A stretch of 64,000 nucleotides of DNA, from the NCBI GenBank assembly GCA_977017645.1, contig OZ360236.1, forward strand, positions 33,356,001 to 33,420,000, written 5' to 3'. Shown in pieces: positions 56,793 through 64,000 of the stretch. The position numbers and the translations under genes are program-made. The stretch comes from Torpedo marmorata. Taxonomy: Eukaryota. A model generated the notes under the pieces. It was not told the origin of the DNA and did no database searches. It saw nothing but the letters and a program-made list of their open reading frames with translations. Position 1 is the first letter of the stretch. Each line of letters starts with the position of its first letter.

Positions 56793-59154
56793 GTAAGTTT
56801 TGAACATATTGCTCTCCTCTGGTCTTCTGTGACAGAAGCCAGTTCAGTTGTGTCTCACACCATCCCCCACCAGAAACCACAAAAAAAACAACTACCTACT
56901 CATCCTGCAAATGATTAGAGGTCAGCTTGTTTTTCACTAATCACAACAGCATTAGTTGCAGCTCATGCAATAAAAGCCTCAATTTAAACTTTTTATATCA
57001 TCATGATCAAAGCAAAATCTCCCAGGGCTGTTTAGAAAATCAATTTGTGAAATGAGGAATAATTAGGAAAAGCGGCAGAGGTGACTGAAGGTTTGGTTGA
57101 TGAGATAGATTTTGAAGATGATTTTCAAGGTGTGGAGAGATAAAGTGGATGTGGGAGTTTGGGAAAATAATTTCAGTGTGCAAGGGCTGTGGTGGTTCGA
57201 TGTGCGATAACTGGTGGATACAGCTCAAAGTGGGATGACAGCGTGAGCTAAGTCATACTGCTGGAGAAAACTTGAGGTAAGTCAGGCCACAAATGTGAAG
57301 AAATTTGAAAGGAACATGCTTTGAAGTCTGTGCATTACTTAAGTATTTGTGGAGGTGGGGAAGTGTGATGTTGAATGGACAATTCTATTAAATCTCATTG
57401 TGGTATACCCTGTGGAGGTGTACTTTTGTAAATGATACACATGACGTCTTAGAAAACCTTAAGTCTGCAAAACTGATTATTTTTACCCAACTGTACAGAA
57501 ACTGTTGGTTGAATCACAATAATGCAAAATAGCAAAGCCAAAGGTTGAGTTGTTTAAACTCTTCGGTCATTAACAGGCCATGTTAGAACAATATTAAGCA
57601 ACTAGCAATCTTAAAATTGTCTGTTGAAACTCTACCAACTGTTGGGAAAGAGACTGCTTGCTAACCAGCTCTGTGCATACCTGTGACTCCAGATTCCACC
57701 AGATGGTTACTATTGCGTTCTGAGCCATCTAAGATGGACAATTCCCACTCTCCAAGAGCAAAATTTAAAATATTTGTGCAAAGAGTTAGGTTCACAGTGG
57801 GATAGACAACATGGCTCACTTCCTTTTTATGAATGAGCTGAGTTTTCATAATTAGGCCATAGAATTCAAATGATAAAGCAAATATAAATATTTTCATTTA
57901 GAATTTGTCGGTGCTGTATGTCCAAAAATGGCAAACATTGCTTTGAAATGATTCCTGTTGGTTATTACCTACTGAGACAAATGATACAATGTTGGCACAG
58001 CAACAGAGTCTTGCACTGTTGACATGTACAAATCCCTGCTAAAAATAAGCACTGTTGTTCTGTCTACCGGTATCAAATCTCCACATATTCAGCAGCCAAA
58101 AAGATAAACAATTGTTCAGTTATTTCCACTTCCTACACCTAACAAAGTCAAGAATCATTTGCATGGCATTTATTGTGTGGAGTAAAGTAAAAATGCGGGC
58201 CACTAATTTTGCACAATATTTTGCAATATTTTGTGTACAGTTAATTAGAGCACTTCGTAGTTTCTGCTTTTGATGTTAGAAAATCATTTTTTTTAAAACA
58301 TTTTCGGAGCATGAGGTGAGGGGTGGTGTGCAAGCAGTAGAGTTTTAGTTTAATTTGGGCATCATGTCATGGGTTGAAGTTTCTATACTTTCTATACAGC
58401 ACTGCTCTATGTCCTATGAACAGCCCACCAGCATATGGAAATAATGCACACCCATCAAAAAGGCACAGCCATCATATCTCCCAGTTAGCCACCTGAAAGT
58501 CGATATCTATTTTAAGCATTCATATCTAATGTCACAATCAGTCATTTCTTCCTACATATGTTGTCAACAAACACGTGAACCTTTTTCTCCATTATTGTTT
58601 CTCTCAATTTAAAAATTAAATGCTTTCCCAGACAGTTGAAAAACCAGAATCTCTTCATGATAATCTTTTAACATTCATAGATAGATTAATTCAAAGCTGA
58701 TGCTCTGATTAAGTTCTGTAATGGTCCTAACATTTACTAGCACAGCTATGAAGAATATAGCTTTTTGTGTTTAAAAAAACCCAGCAAAATTTAAGGACAC
58801 CTGATTCATCCTGGAAACACGGGGTAGTAGAAGACACACATTCCAGTTTGCAAAATTATTTTTGGAGAAGAGCTATTCCTTCCCATCTTATTGCACAGTA
58901 TTCTTTGTCCTTTTAATAGTGATCTCCTGTAAGATGTAGAATGGAATAAGAAATTAAAACCTTTGATAAACTTTACAGTCAAATGAATGAGCTTCCATTG
59001 ATCACTTTCGATTGAAAACCTGAAGGTTTTTTTGAAGGTGTAGATGAAACACCAGCAACAGGATCATTTCAGTATTCAGGGACAACACCAACATCTGTAG
59101 TGATAGAAAACTGCTAGAATAACATAAGTTATACCGACACCATTCTGTTAACAA

Positions 59155-59424
59155 ACTTAATTTAAATTTAGATTTAAATTTAGACATACAGCACGGTAAC
59201 AGGCCACTTCAGCCCACGTGTCCGTGCTACCCAATTTACACCCAATTAGCCTACACCCCCGGTACGTTTTGAACGGTGGGAGGAAACCAGAGTCCCCGGG
59301 GAAAACCCACGCAGACACGGAGAGAACGTACAAACTCCTTACAGACAGCGCGGGATTCGAACCTTAGTCCCGATTGCTGGCGCTGTAAAGCCGTTGCACT
59401 AATCACTATGCCAACCATGCTGCC
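59155..59424 (-). mobile_element. tRNA-derived SINE (HE1/V-SINE-like)
   Basis: B-box complement ggattcgaacc; same body; TTTAAA tail. Confidence 0.88.
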
Positions 59425-59879
59425 TCAGCTCGAATCCAACCAAAGCAAAATTGCCAACAATAGCAGAAGCTTTTTTCAATTGGCAAACTTTACATTTAGT
59501 GGCAATTAAGACTCTCAGAGATCTCCTAGTTCCCTTCCCTTTTGCAAAGCCACTGGTGGAGCTCTCTATTAGCAATAAACTGAGTAGAATACCTAACATA
59601 TCTCAGTCATGGCTCTTAAGTTGTTCCTGGACATACAAGTAGTAGGTTTAAGAAAGGCTTTTTGATACCTAGGGTGAAAAGCAAAAGTAATGCAAAGGAC
59701 AACCCTCACCAACTAGAATTTTCAGGCTTTCCTTTCCAATTTCTTATTATCATGCAGTTGTTTTAAAAATTCAATTGTGCAAGAAACGTATGAATAGAAA
59801 CGGTGTGGCATGCTATCAACATGTTGCCCTGGAGACTATTGTGATGCTGCAAACAGACACAAGCTGCACCTACTGCAGT

Positions 59880-60475
59880 TAAACTGATGCATTGGCCTTT
59901 CTTCTGAAGTAGGCCCTTGGACAAGAGGATATCTTACTTCCACTCCTGTTTTGTGGGTTTGAGATGGCTGATGAGGCTACAAGGCCACCCATATTCTCTG
60001 CTAGAGGTAGGCAGGAGGTGCTTGATCGGATTGGACTGAGGAATTTGTAGGTGTGTGCACTCTTGCTCTTTATGCTTGTCTTCTGCACATTTCTACTTAA
60101 TACCATCCTGAATGCTGCTTCCCCACTTTGAAAGATCACAGGCCAGGGATTCACGAGTTAGTGAGCTTGTTACACTTTTTAAAGGAGGATTTGAGAGCAT
60201 CCTTGATTCATTTCCTCTGTCCACCTGGAATCCCTTGCCCAGCAATCAGAAGAGAATGTCTGTTGCAGGAGTCTGAAGGGCTGGATTAAGCTAGTGCGGG
60301 GCCCGTAGCATATGCTTCTTTTGCTACTAGGTTAATCCGGCCCTGGGAGTCTGATGTCAGTTAAGCAAACAACATGCTCTTTCCATTGGAGCAGATTGAG
60401 TGTAATTAGACCTGTGCCTTGGAGAGTAAAATTGTATTTGTTTGCTTATCTTGCCACTAGGTCTGAAGGATTATT
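59880..60475 (-). mobile_element. Decayed RTE-like LINE 3' fragment
   Basis: Minus strand resembles the RTE RT C-terminus (RL.Q..FS...GQRK..KDALK); degenerate. Confidence 0.5.
60276..60345. mobile_element. 70-bp hAT micro-MITE
   Basis: AAGGGCTGGATTAA ... TTAATCCGGCCCTG; 8-bp TSD GGAGTCTG (60268-60275, 60346-60353). Confidence 0.85.
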
Positions 60476-60732
60476 TTAATTTTTTCAATTTATTTACAAC
60501 ACAATAGAAGACGATTCCGGCCATTGAGACCCGTGCTGACCAATTACAGTTAATTAACCTGCAATTCCGTACGTTTTGGAGGGTGGGAGGAAACCAGAGC
60601 ACCCAGGGAAAAGCCACACAGGTCACGGGGAGAACGTACAAACTCCTTACAGACAGCGCCGGATTCGAACCCAGGTCGCTGGCGCTGTAATAGCGCCGCG
60701 CTAACCGCTATGCTACGCTAACTGTGCTGCCC
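60476..60732 (-). mobile_element. tRNA-derived SINE (HE1/V-SINE-like)
   Basis: ggattcgaacccaggtcgctggcgctgtaatagc; same body. Confidence 0.87.
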
Positions 60733-60774
60733 AATGTGGAAACAGCATTGTAGGTAACTCTCCAGTGCCTTGAG

Positions 60775-61150
60775 GTACAGCACGGAAACAGACCATTAGG
60801 TTGTCCCATCAGCCTGCATTTGGCCTATAATCCCTCTAAACCTATCCTTGTACCTGTCTAAATGTCTTTTAAAAATTGCAGTTGTACCCATCTCTACCAC
60901 TTCCTTTGGCAGCTCGTTCCTCATACCTACCACTCTCTGTGTGTGAAAGGTGCCCCTCAGGTTCTCTTTAAATCTTTCCCTCCCACCTTTAATCTGTAGC
61001 CTATAAATTTTTTTGTAGATTCCCCTACTCTGGAAAAAAAGAGTACTCCAGGAAGAAAAGTTCCAGCCCATTCACCCTCTCCTTATAATTCAGCCCACTA
61101 GTTGTGGTAACATTTTGTAAATCTTTTCTGCATCCTTACCAGCTGAATGA
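60775..61150 (-). mobile_element. CR1 LINE 3' fragment
   Basis: ORF 60796..61071 reads TQRVVGMRNELPKEVVE...FKRHLDRY, the CR1 ORF2 C-terminus. Confidence 0.8.
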
Positions 61151-64000
61151 CATCTTTCAATCTGCTTCAGTCTAAACTCTTGTATTGCGTTTTAAGGTGA
61201 AGCTCATACTGGGCCATTATTGCCATTCAAACTCATCTTAATGACTATCCAGCTTTAGCTATCAGCTACACAGAATGGAGGGGATTTTGATCAATCTTTT
61301 TAGTGGGAAATCATGCTGGAGATGATACTTAGTTAAATTTTTGTCAGATTCCTCTCTGCTCCTAATTGGACAAAAGATAGTTGCCTTGAAATTATTCCTT
61401 GCACTTGCATTACCTGAAGAGCATAGATAAGCATAAGACCATAATGAAGTCTGAAGGCCAACAGAAGTTGGGCATCAAGCCTCATTTATATCATTTCAAT
61501 GATATGTCTGTTGATGCTTCCAAAGGCTTCTTGCCTATTTAAACAGTTGAATATTTGACTGATCTCTACTTCACCCATCATAATCCAATTTGGTAGAAGT
61601 GCTAAAACACTCCTACATATTTGTGAACCTAATGCTGTTTCAGATGAACCAGAAAAATATCATTACTTGAGTTGAACATCTTTCAGACAGCTTTGAGGTA
61701 GTAAACATCACTTCATGAATTTGGCACCTTTTTGCCCACAATGTAATGCAGTCAAATTTGTCCACAAACAAATTCTCATCAAATCAATCCCTACGGAAAG
61801 AACCGCTTTAATAGTTAAGGTGAAATAGCTCCATAATAAGCATATTCGTTACAAGATGCGGTTGTTTTGGTTTTCAATAGCAGCTTTCATTTATGCCTGT
61901 TCACCTTTTTAGATTGCTGTGCTTTGCATCTATATCATTGATGATAATGTAATAGGAGTACCATTAATGTGACCTTCACAGCAACATATTCCCAAATTAA
62001 TGGAAGTGGTTAATACAGTAACTGATGATTCAAGGCTCCAATCCTGAATTTACACCCACACTCCTGATAGATGAATGACATTATTAAAATTTAATTTAGA
62101 ATTATTCTGATAGCGTTACTAAACTGCATCGCTAAACACTTCTCAGAAAATTATATTCCTGAGGAGGTTTATATAATGTACAGGATAAAACTCAAATTGA
62201 TGTATTATTATCCAGAATATTTATATCAAGTGGTTTTTCAAAGTAGAGTTCATTTGTTTGCATCATATCATAAAAATTCTTTAAACCAAATGAACTGTAC
62301 TGATTTACAATGATGTGGCTGTATGATTATAAAGGCACTACATACTATTTTTAAAGTAAGTTTTATTATTATTACCATCTTAGTTTGCAGTCTCATTCGG
62401 TTTTGGAATTAAATTATCAAAATTATTTCTTGATTTGCAATTTAAACTTTTGAATAAAATGCCATAAACTAAACAAATATGTTGTTTTATTGCAATAAGT
62501 TGTTAGAATTGAACCTCAAATTGAGCAATTAGGAGCAATTTCTAATGTCTGAATCTCAAACGTCTGGCTTTTTGGTAAGTGCAAACCTCCCACCAACATA
62601 TTATGCACCTATTATATTTCAGCAATGGCACTTCAAAATCTTTCTCCTACGGAGTTAAACAGTATGCATTTGACACAGTGCAATTAAAAGATTAATAGAC
62701 AAAACATGGATACAGGGTACTGGTTATGATGAAAGCATAAAATGGTCAGTAAACCTGCAGTCTGATTTTCTTATCAGTCAGAATGTAAGCTGAGTTGTTA
62801 ATTCACAATTGCATATTTTATCCTTCTGACCACGACCACCTTTAATTCACTTTCCAAAAGGAGATGAATTCTGAAACAGTGCAAAATAAATTCCACATGC
62901 AATTTTACGAGCTTTCCAATCCTTTTTTTAAACTCATATCAATTTTGCTAACCTCGGCAAAAATTGGAAATTTTGCCATGTGTTAATGAGGGCTAAAAGA
63001 TGATCCATTTAAATAAAGTACAATTATCTTAAGATATATTGCCTTATACTTTAGAGGGGGAAACATATGGAAAAACAAAGTTAACAGCCTCTTTCCCAGT
63101 GCAACTCTCAGTGCATTTTAAGGGAATGCTGTTTAATTAATCAATTAGCTCTCTGTGTGCTAAAGGAACAATTTGCACCAGATGCTAAATATAACAAGTT
63201 TAGATTTTCTAATTACCATTACATGTTGCTGGATTTTCATTATATTTTATATAGTTACCCATATATATGTAAGAAAGTGTACTCTGCTGGTAAAAGCATT
63301 GTTAGAAGTTGGGGGTGAATGGACCAAGGCAAGTAATTTAGACAAAGTCTTCTATTTAGATATAATATTTTCATTACAAGTTTCTTTGTCCACATTAGAA
63401 AATTAAATGCTGAGGAAGAAATACGGTTGGTTCTTCTCAAACCACTTAAATCTTTTGTCTGACACATAAAGTTGTTTAAGACTAATTTAAGTATCCAGAA
63501 ATCAGTTTAAACAAGATCTTCCGAGTTTACAAGATCTAGAGGGTGGATATTGTGAAAAGTCAAGAGTCAATTGCATATAATTGCTGAAATTCCACCACCT
63601 ATTCTTCCTCCAACATATATAGTCATAAAGGATAGCGAGGTAAATTTAAGGGGTAATTTTACAAACAAAATGGAAGTTATATATTGTCTGTTAAATGGCA
63701 TAAGGTCAGTATTTTAATTAAGCATATCTCACCATTTAATGTTCGGAGAGAGTTACAAAATCTTTATATAACTGACATCATTAAGCATGGGCAACACATC
63801 AACAAATGCAGTGTACTTCACCATATTTTTCAGCAGAGTTCCTTTTAATATCGGCAAGCTCAGTGAAAAGACCACAAAAATTTAAGTTGTGTCCATCTTG
63901 ATTGATTTTTACATTAATTTTAAAGACATCATGGTAGAACTAAACACTACCCACAAAAATGCTAATGTCTCCTGGTTGAAATAATCATCATTTGGGACTT

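Noticed and set aside
56793-64000. Expected exon for zinc finger 6 (CPVPGC...)
   Set aside because: Not found by eye; most likely beyond the window rather than lost

Overview
AT-rich vertebrate genomic DNA. The repeat content (HE1/V-SINE-like SINEs, CR1, Penelope-like termini) points to a cartilaginous fish, probably a ray; this is an inference. The one host gene is MYT1 (myelin transcription factor 1, C2HC zinc finger) on the + strand. I traced 16 GT-AG coding exons from the ATG at 37013 to 56792. They join in phase into about 916 codons and hold 5 of the 7 expected fingers, and the gene continues past the window end. A probable non-coding exon ends at 23491. Upstream lies a full-length but decayed Gmr1-type Gypsy LTR retrotransposon (5935-12684). 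It has an ATAA TSD, a tRNA-Pro PBS, a SCAN-like Gag and PR-INT-(RT)-RH order, its RT core is deleted, and a CR1 fragment is inserted in frame into the integrase. Other mobile elements include a Chapaev3 deletion derivative, several hAT and Tc1/mariner MITEs with TSDs (two carry long internal hairpins), an internally deleted L1, nested insertions at 30.8-34.2 kb, and many LINE/SINE fragments. I found no convincing wholly new system. The best leads are TE architectures and possible splicing or RNA-structure effects on MYT1. Most short ORFs in the track are spurious.
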